Shown here: positions 12,201-25,300 of the stretch, piece by piece | Layout of the letters: every line of letters starts with the position of its first letter | Numbering within the stretch: position 1 is the first letter of the stretch | DNA from: Fistulifera solaris | Taxonomy: Eukaryota | NCBI GenBank assembly: GCA_030295235.1 | Contig: AP026157.1 | Span: forward strand, 434,001 to 470,601 | Direction of reading: 5' to 3' | Length of the DNA stretch: 36,601 bases | Notes under the pieces: generated by a model | What the model was told of the DNA's origin: nothing | Database searches by the model: none | Seen by the model: only the letters and a program-made list of their open reading frames with translations | Program-made: the position numbers and the translations under genes

Positions 12201-14836
12201 TCTCGAATCATCTGCTTTACCATCATACGAGTCCACCACAACTGAATGATCACAGCTGCATTTATCCTCTCCATTACGACTCTCGTTCGCTTTGCTGCCA
12301 AAAAACGGCGTACATGTTTCTACCCAGCTGTGAGTCGATGACACGTCGTAAAGAACTCAAATTCACAATCATTCGCTTACCTGGATCACAATTGCCTTCT
12401 GGTGAGTCTGTTCCCGACTTTGTCGTAGTTGGGAAAACTTGTTCTTGTAGCGGAGTACAAAGTTTTCTAGCACAGCGACTGCTTTCGAGTAGATGCAGCG
12501 TTGTGAAGCGTAGTACACGTCCCGATGTGTCTCCCACGCACTCCAGATCAGCCTAGCTGCTTCTTTTCGTCGCTGCTCCATTTTTCTCTCACTGTGCGCC
12601 CGATAGGCAAATTGTATTAGGCGAGTCGCTCGGTCCTCCGCACTGGACGACATTAATCGAGAGCAAAGACAAGTTAACGCAAGCAACATGGATTCTTCAG
12701 AAGGTTTAGCTGGGATGATTTGATGCGGCATTCCGCCCAAACGAACCAACACTTTGTTGGCACGTTTCGCGTTTTCCTGAGCGGAATGCTCCGAGTAGTC
12801 GATATCCTCAATACGTAGAAGCCGAGGGTGATAATAATGTATCAATATGCAGACAGCGACTCCATCAAAGAATGACGATGTCCAATTCTGTACAGACCGA
12901 CCGAAACGACGGCACACCAGATCAGCCCATATGAGCAGGCTGCCCTTGAGATCCGGTGGAAGAAAGGAGAAAGTCGAGAATGAACGAAGTCGTTCAAGTC
13001 GTTCGATTTCTTGGTGAACTCTCGCCACCGGGAGCAAATCATCCAAACAGCTCTTCGCTAAAAGTGTCCACAGCAGTAAAAAGACTCGATCGCGATACCC
13101 GTCGACAATATGATGAGCCAAAACTTTATTGTCGGGTACAAGATGCATCAGCTGTCCGAGAACACGTTGTAAATTACGGATTTTTTGTAGACGAGAGCCG
13201 GCGGGAATTTCCAGCTTTTGAATCAGCTCAAATCGGGGCAAGTGCAGTAACTCTTCGGCCCAACGTGCCAGGCGTGTCCCATCTCGTAGATCGGTAGCGA
13301 GATTGGTAATGCGAAAATCAAGTTCATCGACTACCGACTGCTGATACACTACTTTCAAACCTTGTCGTTCCAGATGGCGAGCAAAGTTACCCTGACCATG
13401 AAGGACGATTCGACTCAGAGCATTCAAAATATCTTTCATTGCTTTGAACTTAGAATTCGCGTTGAAGAGTGGCTGGTCAAAACAGTGAGCCTGCTTTGCT
13501 TCTTCCAGAAAGAAGAAAAGTACCAGTACACGATACAACACAAGCTGCCGCATTTCCTGTTTGTAGTCCTTTTCAAACCGACCCGAGGGGACTTTGCATT
13601 TCCCTCGCGTATACTTTTGAGGAGTTTGCGATCGGACAGCAGACGATCCACGATGAATTCTTTCATGTTCATCTTGTTGGGCATATCACCCAACATTGTT
13701 TCGAGACCGAGACGTAGCCACTGCGGCTGAAAAGAACAAAGTAGCTCCATGACCTCGGCGCGAACAGTGAGATCCGCGTGAATATCTTTGTCGGTACGAA
13801 TGGTGACGCGGCCGGTCGAAATCTCGGAATGGAGCGTGTCGCGCGTGGTTGACATGCTAACAAACACGGCTCGTGCTTTCAATCGCGCCTTGGCGTATCG
13901 TTGATGCCATTGCAGCGTATCGGCTTCGTCGGGCGGACACAGAATGTAATTCAAAAATGTAGTGAAGGTTTCTTCTTGTTGACTAGCCCACGCCTCCTTG
14001 TTCTTCTTTTCGTCGGCACTCGTGGTCGCAGTCGGAGGCATCAATTGAATCGGAGACATGATCGTTGTCGTTTTTCCTTTTCCCGATCGTGATTTCTTGT
14101 GTGAGGAACGACCGGGAACAAAACTACTTTGTTTTCGAGGTATCGGTGGTTTCTTGGGTAGTCCTGTTCCCTGCGCGGCTTCGCAAAACATACTCGACAG
14201 ATCCATGCAAACTCCGGCTGACTTGGTCGTGCTCGGAGGCGTCATGACCGCTTCCATGAGCCCTTTCAATGCGGCATCGAGACTCGCATCCCCTTGTGAT
14301 GTAGGAATTGGCTTCGGTGGTAGATTCTGAGGAATATCAGACGTATCAATGACCAAAGCCGGCGCCGTCCTGCGAACGATCATCGGAGGTGCTTTCACTG
14401 GAGCCGGAGATTGTCGAGGTGCTTCCGTGAATTTCTGCAAAGTCGACTTGAATATACTCGACTTCGGCTTCAATTCTTTTGATTCGACGGAATTGTTTTC
14501 GGTAGAATCGGGTATTGATTGTGACGATGGTACTTTTGTTGTGTTTGTTGTCGTTGTCGTCAAAACGCCCTTCGTAGGTAGCACGATGTCGTCTACTACC
14601 GGAGACGATAGCGAAATGAAAGAAGTATCTCCCGACAACTGTATTTCCTGTGTTAACATCGAGCGCGGTGTCAATGTCGCTCGAACCGCACGGCGAAACG
14701 AAGGCGTAGCATTTTCTGTAGCCGTCCTATCTCCAAATAATTGTTGTGACTGCTTTTTCTTCGCTGTCGACATTTTCACGTCCTGGTTGGTGCGTCGACC
14801 AAGTGGTTGTCGGCTTAAAGAGTGCAAGGCTTCCAT
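9256..14836 (-). CDS. ASPM: Abnormal spindle-like microcephaly-associated protein homologue (CH domains, many IQ motifs, C-terminal ARM-like region). Exons 14836-12381, 12319-11837, 11767-9539, 9471-9256.
   Basis: Conserved motifs FQPQWLRLGLE, ITNLATDLRDGTRL, HHIVDGYRD and SCNRSLPHVELL, plus many IQxxxRGxxxR repeats. GT-AG introns at 12320-12380, 11768-11836 and 9472-9538 all restore the frame. One base is missing in the T-run near 13616; adding it gives KYTRGKCKVPSGRFEK. Confidence 0.93.
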
Positions 14837-15377
14837 TTTGGAATATTTCTTTTATTCAGGGAACAGAAAAGGCAGTTTGTGTTGTGATAAGGGCCATGGT
14901 CCTTGCGAATGCATGAATTATGAATTATCATGCTTGTTGTTTGTTTGTTGATCGATTGCCAGTTGAAACGACGAGGCCGGCGACAAGAAGTGTCTAAATG
15001 AAGGTAATTTGAAATACATATCTCGTTAAATCGGGCCCGTCACATTTTTTTGTTTTGTGTACCTTGTATAAGCGTATGTTGTTGTTTTATGTGTCACTCT
15101 TATTTCCGTTGAGCTACGTTGACAGGCGACATAGGAGATGATTCGACTGTCCGTCGCTCCTCATATTTGACGGTGTTCGGGAGTGGATGACGTGGACCAA
15201 CGAAGACACTTCTTTCGAGTTTCGAGTTCCGACGAAAACGAGAAAAATGAATTTCATCGGAAGGAGAACAACAAAAGCGAAAGTCATAAGAAACACAAGC
15301 CAACGAAACGTTCCATGAACAAGACGAATCTCGATACATTTTCCTCTTTATTTCCTACCGTATAGCTCCGTCTGACG

Positions 15378-16547
15378 ATGGCGAATGTTACCGATTTGTT
15401 ACGCAGCAACCAGTTGCACAACTTTGACCCTGTGGGTATGCATTTTGCCTGTTTTCAAGAAGACACGGAAGAACTGTTACACGCCATTCGATCGAATGAA
15501 TCGGTGATCGGTTTTTGGTTTGATCCCTTCTTACCGCCCAGTGACGAAGATGACGCTCTACGACAAGATTACCTGAATTGGTGTTCTCAATTGCTCGATG
15601 CGTGCAGTCAACTGCGCGGTTTGCGACGCGCCTACATGAATACATCACATTTTCCGCTGTCTATGAAGCAATTATGTCAGTTTGTGCAGCAAACTCGGCA
15701 ACTAGAGCACTTTAGTCTTGGTTCGCTTTCGAGACTTGACAATTATGGTTCGTCGGATGGCACATACTGGCTGGGTAGTCCTTTATCACCGTTGTTGCAT
15801 CACTTGCGAGAACATTCCCATTTATTGTGTTTCGATTTGCACCTTCCGGATCAAAAGAGCGATACTTGCAGAGGGCTTCTAGAGCAGTTGTACTCCTTAT
15901 CGAACTTGCGGGAGCTGCGAGTGTCGTTTTGTCGAGCCTGTCCGAGCGACCCGTATCAGTATCAGTCATCTTGCTGGATGAGCTCAACATTACAAAAGAT
16001 GCCTCGGCTACAGCGTCTGACTCTTCGAAATGTAGTTCATGATCAGAGTAATAGCTTTCTACTTGCTTTGCAAGAGAACTTAAAGTTGCAAGAACTGCGC
16101 CTGGTTGACAATCATATGGATGAGCTGGGGTGGAATGCATTAGCACAATCACTGAGAACGAGTTGCCATCTTCAAATACTCCGCATCAGTCATGGAAATT
16201 GTCTTCTTGATAGATTCCTTCGCCTTTTTGCTCAGGCTTTGAACGACAATCAAAACACTGCTTTGCAAGAACTACATTTTGCCGGTAACCAGTCGGAAGA
16301 GGGCTGTGTAGCGCAAACCAACGCACTGTTACTGAACCTATTGTCCACCAATACATCTTTGCAACGCATCGAAATTGAGGGCCATGAATCCAATGAAGTG
16401 ATCGAATTGTATTTAAAACTCAATCGCGCCGGGCGGTCGAAATGGAGGTCCGATTTTGAAGCGTGTTGGGATTGTATGGTACACCAAGATCTCGATTGTA
16501 TATATATCATGTTGCAAGAGAATCCAATCCTGTGCAGGCATTGCTAA
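15378..16547 (+). CDS. Leucine-rich-repeat (RNI-like) protein. A short upstream exon is possible (acceptor-like ...TTTCCTACCGTATAG at 15365).
   Basis: 389-aa ORF with LxxLxL repeats (LRELRV, LQRLTL, LQELRL, LQILRI, NTSLQRIEI) and a C-terminal IELYLKLNRAGR...LDCIYIMLQENP tail of the kind I associate with expanded diatom LRR families. Confidence 0.85.
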   Translation: MANVTDLLRSNQLHNFDPVGMHFACFQEDTEELLHAIRSNESVIGFWFDPFLPPSDEDDALRQDYLNWCSQLLDACSQLRGLRRAYMNTSHFPLSMKQLCQFVQQTRQLEHFSLGSLSRLDNYGSSDGTYWLGSPLSPLLHHLREHSHLLCFDLHLPDQKSDTCRGLLEQLYSLSNLRELRVSFCRACPSDPYQYQSSCWMSSTLQKMPRLQRLTLRNVVHDQSNSFLLALQENLKLQELRLVDNHMDELGWNALAQSLRTSCHLQILRISHGNCLLDRFLRLFAQALNDNQNTALQELHFAGNQSEEGCVAQTNALLLNLLSTNTSLQRIEIEGHESNEVIELYLKLNRAGRSKWRSDFEACWDCMVHQDLDCIYIMLQENPILCRHC

Positions 16548-16795
16548 CTGTTACCTTTTCAGAAGACTGTCGAGCCTTATATGGTGGATGGCGATCCGTT
16601 TGCAGCCAATTTATCGCTTGTTGGGATGTTTACAGCTGAAGTGTAATATTCTAGTAGGCTCCCACGACTGCAACGGAGCAAATCAGTTTTATTTAATAGC
16701 TGTAAATGAGCCAGCGGTTCGAATTTTACTTTTAAGCCGTTACAAAACAAGATGCTCCTTGAATAAACATCTGCGAGAGAAAATTTCTTTGAAAA

Positions 16796-17197
16796 CTAAA
16801 CGCTCAAGTCGATATCTTCGTCGTCCTCTTGAATGAAATCTTCATCGAATTTGTTCAATCGATCTTTCGGGTTCTTCACATTGATTCCCGCGATACTCGC
16901 TACACCCAGCAATTCCGCCAATTCTTGTTTTTTGAGATTATCTTTATCGTCTCTTACTTTTCGCATAAATTCACCCCGATCTTGCAACCGATATCCCTCA
17001 AAAGCCTTTCGTTCTCCCCTAGCAAACTCTTCCGGGACCATTTCACGACTGTTACCGAGTCCCCATCCTCCGGTTCCTTCGCCGTATAAAACAGTCTTCG
17101 ATGACGATGAAACGGAACGAGCACCGCGTTCTGCAGGAAGAAAGGCGCTGGTGGAGGGAAGCAGGGCCGACGCCAGTAACAATAGAAGTCGCCACAT
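16796..17197 (-). CDS. Small plastid-targeted protein of unknown function (133 aa)
   Basis: MWRLLLLLASALLPSTSA|FLP is a signal peptide plus ASAFAP-type motif, followed by a Ser/Arg-rich transit-like stretch. The real start is the ATG at 17197, inside ORF 16796..17305. Confidence 0.85.
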   Translation of the reverse strand: MWRLLLLLASALLPSTSAFLPAERGARSVSSSSKTVLYGEGTGGWGLGNSREMVPEEFARGERKAFEGYRLQDRGEFMRKVRDDKDNLKKQELAELLGVASIAGINVKNPKDRLNKFDEDFIQEDDEDIDLSV

Positions 17198-18008
17198 AAT
17201 AACTATACTGAGATTTTTATAGGAGGCTGGAGCAAAGAGAAAAGACGAGTAAAGGTTTGTTTGCCCTTGGAAGAAGTTATTGACTGCAACAATATATAAT
17301 AACACGTCGCACTCGCACGCAACAGCGACCGCGACGATGACGCGACACGCTTACGTCATCCTCATGACAAAGCCAGTCATCACAAAAGGTCGCTTACACT
17401 CCTGGACTATAGTACATCTCAACATAAGCTACGTGGAGGAACTACAATGTTGTAGACAGTTGATATTTGCGCTTAGACGGCTATCATAGATAGTTAGCTC
17501 GCACATTCACTAGAATAACAGCTTTTATTGCATGGAACTGTAGCTGGTGACCGGACAAGGACCTATATTTATTCGCCCCATTCGTGACTGAATCTAGTCT
17601 CGCCGGAAAACGGAAAACAATTCAAGGCTATACAAGTAGTGCTCCTTCGACATGCTAAATTCGAATCATTACAAATCTTTCGCTCAGCTCAATTGTTTCT
17701 CGCTAGCTACGAAAAAGTGAATAAAAAGGAGGCGAGGTGACTAGGTTTATGACAACAACTACCAGTTGGAGATCCTTTATTTTTTTAGTAGAAAAAACCT
17801 TTGAAAAGAACGTCGACGGAATCTTGCTGCGACATAAATATATTTTTTAATTACGGAGTATTTATTTTAGTACTATCGGTGAAAATGTAGTCTTGACCGA
17901 GAGCAACGTTCCGCAAAATAGGCAAGAACATGCATAAACCGCCCTCATTTGTGTCATCGCATCGCTTGAAACAACAGCAAAGATACAACAATTCAAATTC
18001 AACTCAAC

Positions 18009-19088
18009 ATGAATAACATAGAAAGCAACACATCGCGCAAGAATGAGATCATTGATCTAACGGCAGCAAGTCCCGTGAAGCAGCAAGCGCAACAAATGGT
18101 AATTGATTTGTCGCTCGACGACGATGTTGGTGATGATTACACGCGCAACATGATGCAGAATTTCGCAGGCTCTCGAAGAAAGCGTAAGCGTCAGATGGAG
18201 AGCAAAACAGTCAATCCTATCAGCAGCAATGTGGAAGTTATTGACTTAGAAGCGCTCCCCGCTGCGACCTGCTCAGTTAGTGCGCAGCCTGTGACGACCG
18301 AGCAAGATGAAGAGACTCTTTACAAACAAGCGCTGGGACCTATTCGAATGGAATTCGTGCCCGAATTCAATCCAAAACACAAATTTGCGGAAACATTGCA
18401 GAATCCGACTATGAAGACGACTAAGCTGTATCAAGAGCTTCTCGAATATCAACTCAGTTTGCCCGTGCATCCCAGTAGTTCCATTTTTGTACGGGTCCAA
18501 GAATCGCGACTCGACCTGATTCGTGTTGCTATTACAGGTCCCGAGGGTTCCCCGTACGAGAATGGTGTCTTTCTCTTTGATTGCTTCTTGCAAGATTATC
18601 CGACACGTCCTCCGCGCGTCCAGTTCCTGACGACAGGAGGTGGAACGATTCGATTCAATCCAAATCTCTACAACTGTGGCAAGGTATGTCTCAGTTTACT
18701 GGGAACGTGGAGCGGTCCGGGCTGGGAGCCGAACAAATCGACACTGCTACAAGTTCTAATTAGTATTCAGGCTATGGTATTGGTCAAAGATCCCTACTTC
18801 AATGAGCCGGGATTTCACCCCAACCAGCACAATGCTGCCGAGAAAAGTGAACAATACAATCGGCAGATTCGCTCCTACACGACAACCTACGCCCTGCGAG
18901 ACATGCTAAAACATCTTATTTCATCCGATCTCTATTCGGAGTTCGCCCCCGTACTGCATTTGCATTTTCGGTGCCGCGCGAAACGAATAGAGCATCAGCT
19001 GCAAGAGTGGGTAACGAAGAATAGCAATTTGGAAAAGACTGTACAAGAGATTCAAACACTTCTAGAGAAGCTTGGGACAGGTTCATGA
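18009..19088 (+). CDS. Ubiquitin-conjugating enzyme E2, BIRC6/UBE2O/UBE2Z-like class, with N-terminal SIM-like motifs and NLS
   Basis: SIFVRVQESRLDLIRVAITGPEGSPYENGVFLFD and RFNPNLYNCGKVCLSLLGTW (active-site Cys), then STLLQVLISIQ...PYFNEPG. The N-terminus has IIDLT, VIDLSLDDD, VEVIDLE and RRKRKR. Confidence 0.92.
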   Translation: MNNIESNTSRKNEIIDLTAASPVKQQAQQMVIDLSLDDDVGDDYTRNMMQNFAGSRRKRKRQMESKTVNPISSNVEVIDLEALPAATCSVSAQPVTTEQDEETLYKQALGPIRMEFVPEFNPKHKFAETLQNPTMKTTKLYQELLEYQLSLPVHPSSSIFVRVQESRLDLIRVAITGPEGSPYENGVFLFDCFLQDYPTRPPRVQFLTTGGGTIRFNPNLYNCGKVCLSLLGTWSGPGWEPNKSTLLQVLISIQAMVLVKDPYFNEPGFHPNQHNAAEKSEQYNRQIRSYTTTYALRDMLKHLISSDLYSEFAPVLHLHFRCRAKRIEHQLQEWVTKNSNLEKTVQEIQTLLEKLGTGS

Positions 19089-19378
19089 GAATGAGATTCG
19101 TTTCTATATTTCAGGTATTGTAAAGAAATCGGACCAGCGGCCATCGTCCAACTTTCCGTACCTCCGCATTTTAGATATTGTTTCTGCTGAACTCACTGGC
19201 TGGTCTTTTCGAGTAGGCTCTATTAAAAATATAAAATGATCTTTGGTGAGGAAGCGGAGAAGCTAGTGAACTTCATACGCCTAAACGACAGAAATATATA
19301 GTACAAAGTAATTCTTATTCGAAGTCTTTTACGTATGCTGCACGGTGAACTGGATCTTTTTCACTCAGGAAAAACTAT

Positions 19379-22300
19379 CTAAACTTCTGCCTCTTTAATG
19401 AGTGACCCCATGGAATCGGTTCGACTACTGTTGTGCAGACCCGATGCTTCGTAAAGTTCACCTCTGTCGGCAGGAGGATCTACAGCATTGTTTGGCGGTT
19501 CGATAGTCAAACCTTCTTCTGCTTTCGTGATGCTGTTATCGACAAGTGCTTCAGGTTGTTTTGGCGTTTCATCAAGTTCTACATTCGATGGCAGCTTTTC
19601 GACGGTTTCAATTAACTCAAGATGCCCTACAGCGTCACTTCCGTTTCCTTCCTCGATTTGTGTTGAATCCGCCGCAGGGTTTTTAAGCTTCTCTTTTGGC
19701 TGTGATTCGGTAGTCAGATCATCACTTTCGTTGTCGGCGGAACCATCTTCCTTTGGCGCTTTCTCTGGCTCTGGGGTGGAGGATACACGTGTAACAAGCT
19801 TTTGGGTGAGACTCAAGATCTCTTCCTTTTGCAGCCGATACCGCCCAGCAAAATTGGCGTGATCCACTGCATTGAATTTAGGTGGAAGGCATCGAAACTG
19901 AAGAACCCATTGAGCAGCTCCTTCAACAAATCAGTAAATTTCGCATACACGAGTTCGTCTGCGTGAGTGTGGCCATACTCTAAAGCGACACGTTCGACCT
20001 CCAAATACTTTGCTATGAGTTTCCGCGTTTCCTCCGTGACTAGTTTCTGCCCGGCAGTTGTTCGAACCGGTTTACCGTCGTCGGGAGTGTGAGGATCAGT
20101 ACTTTCACTCATAGCGGCAATTTGCAATATAAAGCGATTCAGCCATTTTCTTGCATACACGGCTGTCTCAATATGGTCGGGTCTATCAAGATAAAAGGGG
20201 TTGAGAAACATTTTGCAAAATCAGCAAAAGTTCAAGCATTCAGGTCGATAATACTCACGCTCTCGGCAATGGCTCTTCTCTCTTCTTCATCCCCTTTGTA
20301 AGAAGTGAAGCCGCTTCCTCCCAATCTTGGATACCCGCCCCGAGGCCTGCAATAAGAAAGAGGCTCCATTTCATTGAGATGGCCAAACTATCGTTTGTGA
20401 GCAGTCGCCCGACAATAAAGATTGCATTGCTTCCAATATAACGTCGACTAGTGAGCAGCTTCTCTTCTGCGACAAATTCTTCTACGGAACTTAAGTATTC
20501 CCTTTCAGCCATTTCGGCATCCTTGGCCATTGACGACTCATCATCTGATTGTGTTTCTTGTGTATTGTTTGTGACCACTGTCGGTTTCTCGGGCAAACCT
20601 CTCACCGTCAAGCATCGACGCAACATGTGACACGCTGTCGCCCAGACGTCTTCGTTACGCAGGGCTGTGTTCAAATCTTTGACCAAGAATTCTTCCAATC
20701 GATAAAGGCCACGGACGGCCACAGGTCCGCTGTCCGAAATAAGACAGTTGTTCAGAATTGCAAGAACTTCGTCGACGAGCGATGTGTCGTCAAAAGCATT
20801 GATTGACCTCAAGCAGATGCTAATACACAAGTTCAACACCACATCAAATGTCGTGTCAAGCCAATCGGTGCCTGAAAAGGGAACCTCTTCGACAGCTTCG
20901 TCGGCTCCCTTCTTTGTGACTTTGGGAACCAAGAAAAGATCAATATCCTCTGGCAAAGCGGGTCGCTGGCTTTCTTCGTTATCGATTCCAGTCTCAGCAA
21001 ATTCCAAGACGGGAGTCAATATGCCACGGAAGATCAACTGCAGCGTCTGCATATTGTCATCTGAACTCTTGCCGTTACATAAACTGTTCTTATCACCAGG
21101 AAAGAAATACCTATTGATAATATGTTCGAGTGCCTCAATAGTTTTCGTTCGAATAGATAATCGTTCATCGCCAACTGATTTCGATAAACCAAGCAGAATT
21201 GGCCACCACAATTCGAGTTCCTTTGTAGAAATGTCCGTCTCTAAGGGAACCTCGCTTGGGCGACGTCGCCCCCTTGGTATTTCCGTTTTATTGGCTAGAA
21301 ATTTGGCCAAGATAAGCAATTTATCGATTGCCATTAAGCTAAGATCATTGTTGGGACCGTCTACAAGCCTCAAATAAGCTGTTGCACATTCGACGAAATG
21401 GTCATCCAAAACTCCAGCGTGCTCCGATGTTCGATTCAGACATGGTTCAATAGCTTGATTTAGAATTTCGCTGCTCATCTCCGCGATAGACTTCTCCACA
21501 TCCTGTCCGCCTAATCCCAAAATCGCCAAGAGAGGGACCCATCCGCTTCTCAAACCACCTCGATGAGCAGATGATTCATTCAAGTTCTCGCCGAAAACGT
21601 GAATGATACGTGCGACGCAATTCAACAACAGCTCCTTGGTACTTGTCTGTTTTGATCGACCCATTACAGTCTCCAGTGGTTTTAAAAATCGCTTTTGGAA
21701 TTCAAACACTTCTAGTTCTTCGCGTTGCAGATATTGAATACTCATCTGCCGAAAAGAATCCACTGCATACATTGCAAGCGCTGGATTTGGATGAAGTGCT
21801 GTTTCGGTGAGATGATCCGCTACAATGTTCCAAAGTTCCGCGAACAGCAACCGTGGTCTCGAGTCCATGTTGTAATGCGTGACCTCAACAAGCTTCTGTA
21901 AATTGTAAATGTTGGGCTGGCTATGATGAAATGGATCTTTGCCCAATCCTTTTTGAGAATTAGCCAAAAGGACGTGATGATCGCGATATGCAACTGCAGT
22001 CAAATCTGTCTTCGTCCCTACTGCACCTTCCGTCGACACTCCCACTGAGATCTCCGATTTAGATACTCGACAAAGGTGAAGTACAAACTCTTCTCACTGC
22101 CACGGGGCTTAAGGACGAAGAACGCTCGTATATGGCCTCAATGATAGTCTCAGAAACAGCGTCGTAGACTGCTCTGGCATTTGCTTCGTCGATAGCCTTC
22201 GAATCCATTTCCTCTTCTAGCTGGAAGTCGTCGTCGTCAAAAAAGGTAGACTCGGCAAGTGAATCCTCATCAGTCGAGTACGACGCATCGGTGTCGGGGC

Positions 22301-25300
22301 CGTTAATCGACTCTCCATCTTCCGCCGCTGCGCGCCTTTCCTACTCCTTGCGCTTGGCGTTCTTCGCTTCAAGCTTCGCGCGCCGGCGCTCAGCCGCGGC
22401 ACTGGCGACGCGGTCATTTCTGGCCATCATGTGAAATAGCTGATGAAATCGATTAATTTCGCTTAAAGCCTTAAACACATGCTCCCAAGATGTACCGAGA
22501 AGCTCGCCGCTTTCTTTGGCCAAACTCAACATAGTTTGAATACAACGTAAGTGACGTGGCTCGAGGAGCCTTCCGGAACCCAGTTGAGTGAAACCAGCCA
22601 GTGCACCCATGTAGGCATCCCGAGCAGTACTATTACCGCAAAGACCAGCCGTTGTAATGGCAAACCGAAAACCAGTCAAACAAACCTCTATCGTTTCAGC
22701 GGCATTCTCAGCAGCAACCTCTAACTCGTCATCAGATGCAATGTTTATCAAAGAACCAGTCCCATTCGCCGACTCCATAGCAGTCGAAAATGCGGCCAAT
22801 GCCGGGCCCCAAGTAACGTCAAACATTGGAGAAACATACTCGTCGCGTAAACCGCTATCTTCTGCCATAACGAACCGCTGTGTATGATGTCGACTTGGCT
22901 TGTCAGTTTTCGATTTGACGCTTTTATGACCAACGTCAGACGGGCGGCGACGCTTTAGCAGTGATTCCGTGGTTCGCAAGATATGATCACGTTCCTTTTG
23001 AAAATTACTTTCCTTCGCGCGATCAGAATCTTCCTGTGCTGAAAAGAACGAAACAGTATTCGGGAGACTGACGACAGCAGCCCTCTCTCGTGCTTCGTCA
23101 TCTTCCTTCAAACTAATTGGGTTTCTTTTAATCCTGTCAAATATCGATGAAAGAAGATCTTCTGGCAAATCTTTGCCATCGCAAATGCCACGGTTGTTCC
23201 GAATAAAGCCCTCTTTGGTCATTCTACGTTCTTCTTTGATAGCAGGGTTGTGGAGGTCAGTGTTGAGCATGATGATCGAGAAGGACAATATAAATGCCGC
23301 ATCCGCAGATGGGAAAACGCCAGCATTTTGTTCGGTGAAGCGCTCTGCAAACTTTTCCATGATTCGATCAATCTAGCGGTTGAACCGCAACAGATATTGT
23401 GAGCATTATCTAATCATCGTTCCAAACACGCGATACTAACATCTGCCCTACCTTCTGAGCCTCACCCGGCAATCGAAATGAGCTGAGGAAGTATCTAATG
23501 GCGTCATCAAAAGGAAGTCCTTCGAAATTTAATAAACGCACGTACTCGTGCAAGACCTTGATGGAAAACCCGTTTTGATATTCCACTTCACGACCAAGGT
23601 ATTCACCGATTTGAGTCTTATCGAAAGCGTCTTTTAGCTGTAGAAGATATTTCGCAACTTCCTTCGGATCATCCCCGTCTAGATGTCCACATTTGACTGC
23701 ATAGGCGATCCCCGCAGAAGGCTTTTGGTTAAAACGTAAAATAATCTCCGTCTCTTCCTCGCGTCGTTTGACCTTTGATCCGTAAATTTCAACGAGATTT
23801 TGCTTTTCATCACCGTCTAAAAGTTCTTGAACTGCGGTCGAGCCGCCTTTCTGAGTAGAAGTATTTTCATCCTTTTGTTTTACATTTGCCGACAACGGCT
23901 CAATGATACATCCGTGTAAGCTAGCCAAAACCTGTCGGAGTGCTTTCATTGCCGTCAATCTCAATACTCGATTTTCGCTTCGCTGTCTTGCAACACGGGC
24001 TACACCTTGGCTTCCCATGAAGAGTGTACTGCCACGTGATTGCTCTTGCAAGCCAGAACGCGAAACAGTTGATAGTGTGTTCACGATCCTGTGGAAGAGA
24101 TCAACAGCGCTGAGATCGCAATCGTAATTCAAAAAGATCTCAGCTAAAGTCTTTGGATCCGAACAAATTTCTTCGAACGTCTTGACGACTAGTGACTTGT
24201 GTTCAGCAGGAGAATTCTTCGAATCGAGAATGACAAAAAACACATTCGTAACAAACGCCTCAATCTCATTCTTCAGGATGGACCGAAAATTACGAACTAA
24301 AGGCACGAAGATTCGGAGACTGAGATTCACCACTTCTGTGTTATCTGAAGTGCAGTTTTTCAAAAGAGAAACGCAGAGATAGTTCTTGATAGCAGCATGA
24401 AATTGCGGCCCACTTTTCTCGATAAACTCTTTTGTGACATTCATGTGTTGAAGCACGTACAGAATGAGCTCCAACGCCAGAAGTTTTGACTCAAGAGCAG
24501 GATGAATCGCCGACGTAAAAAGTAAATGCGCATGTTCGTGCACGCTCTCACCTCCTCCATTGGCTTGCGTACCGCGAATGCCTTGGGTAGCATCCTGTCT
24601 CTCATCCCATGTATCAGCACTTCCGCTCGATTGCAAACCCACAAAAGAGCCGGCACTATCAACATCAGGAAGACTGCGCATACTAAGCTTGCAAAGCGAC
24701 CGTAGCACCAAGAACACATCTCTGTGGTTTTGCGAAGGAAAATGGTCTTTTGTTGGCTCCATCTTATCCGTGTCCGTCAAAACTACACGGTTGAAGACAC
24801 TTGTAGTGAGCTGCTGCAACGCAGCACGTGCAGTGGTGCGATTTGACATTGATTCTGTGGTTAAGTAGACGTGATAGAGCGTTCGAATCGATTGCAGCAA
24901 ATATCCACCGTGTAAAAGCGCTTCCCCGTTGTCTACCGTGCGACAGCCACTAACCAAGAGAAACTTCATGGCAGCCAGCTCGTTTCGGTCTAGACTAAGA
25001 TCTGCATTGAATATGGATTGTGTAAGCATATCAATGACGACCTTATTCTCCTGCTCGCCTACTCTACCAAGCGCCACGGATACACCATCGAGGCACCCGT
25101 GTGCCACAAGCTCCGACGCTGCGTCGAAAACACCCGACAAGAGGAGCGAAAACTCAAGCTGACCCTTGCGGTCTTTCTTCTCGAAGTTGCGCGAGCTAGC
25201 ATGGCCCCACATCGAAAACAAGTTGACAAACGCAGTAAGTGCACGCCGAGCTCGGTCAGCTGTATCTCCCGCTCCGCCCATGACAGCATTCACAACTCGA

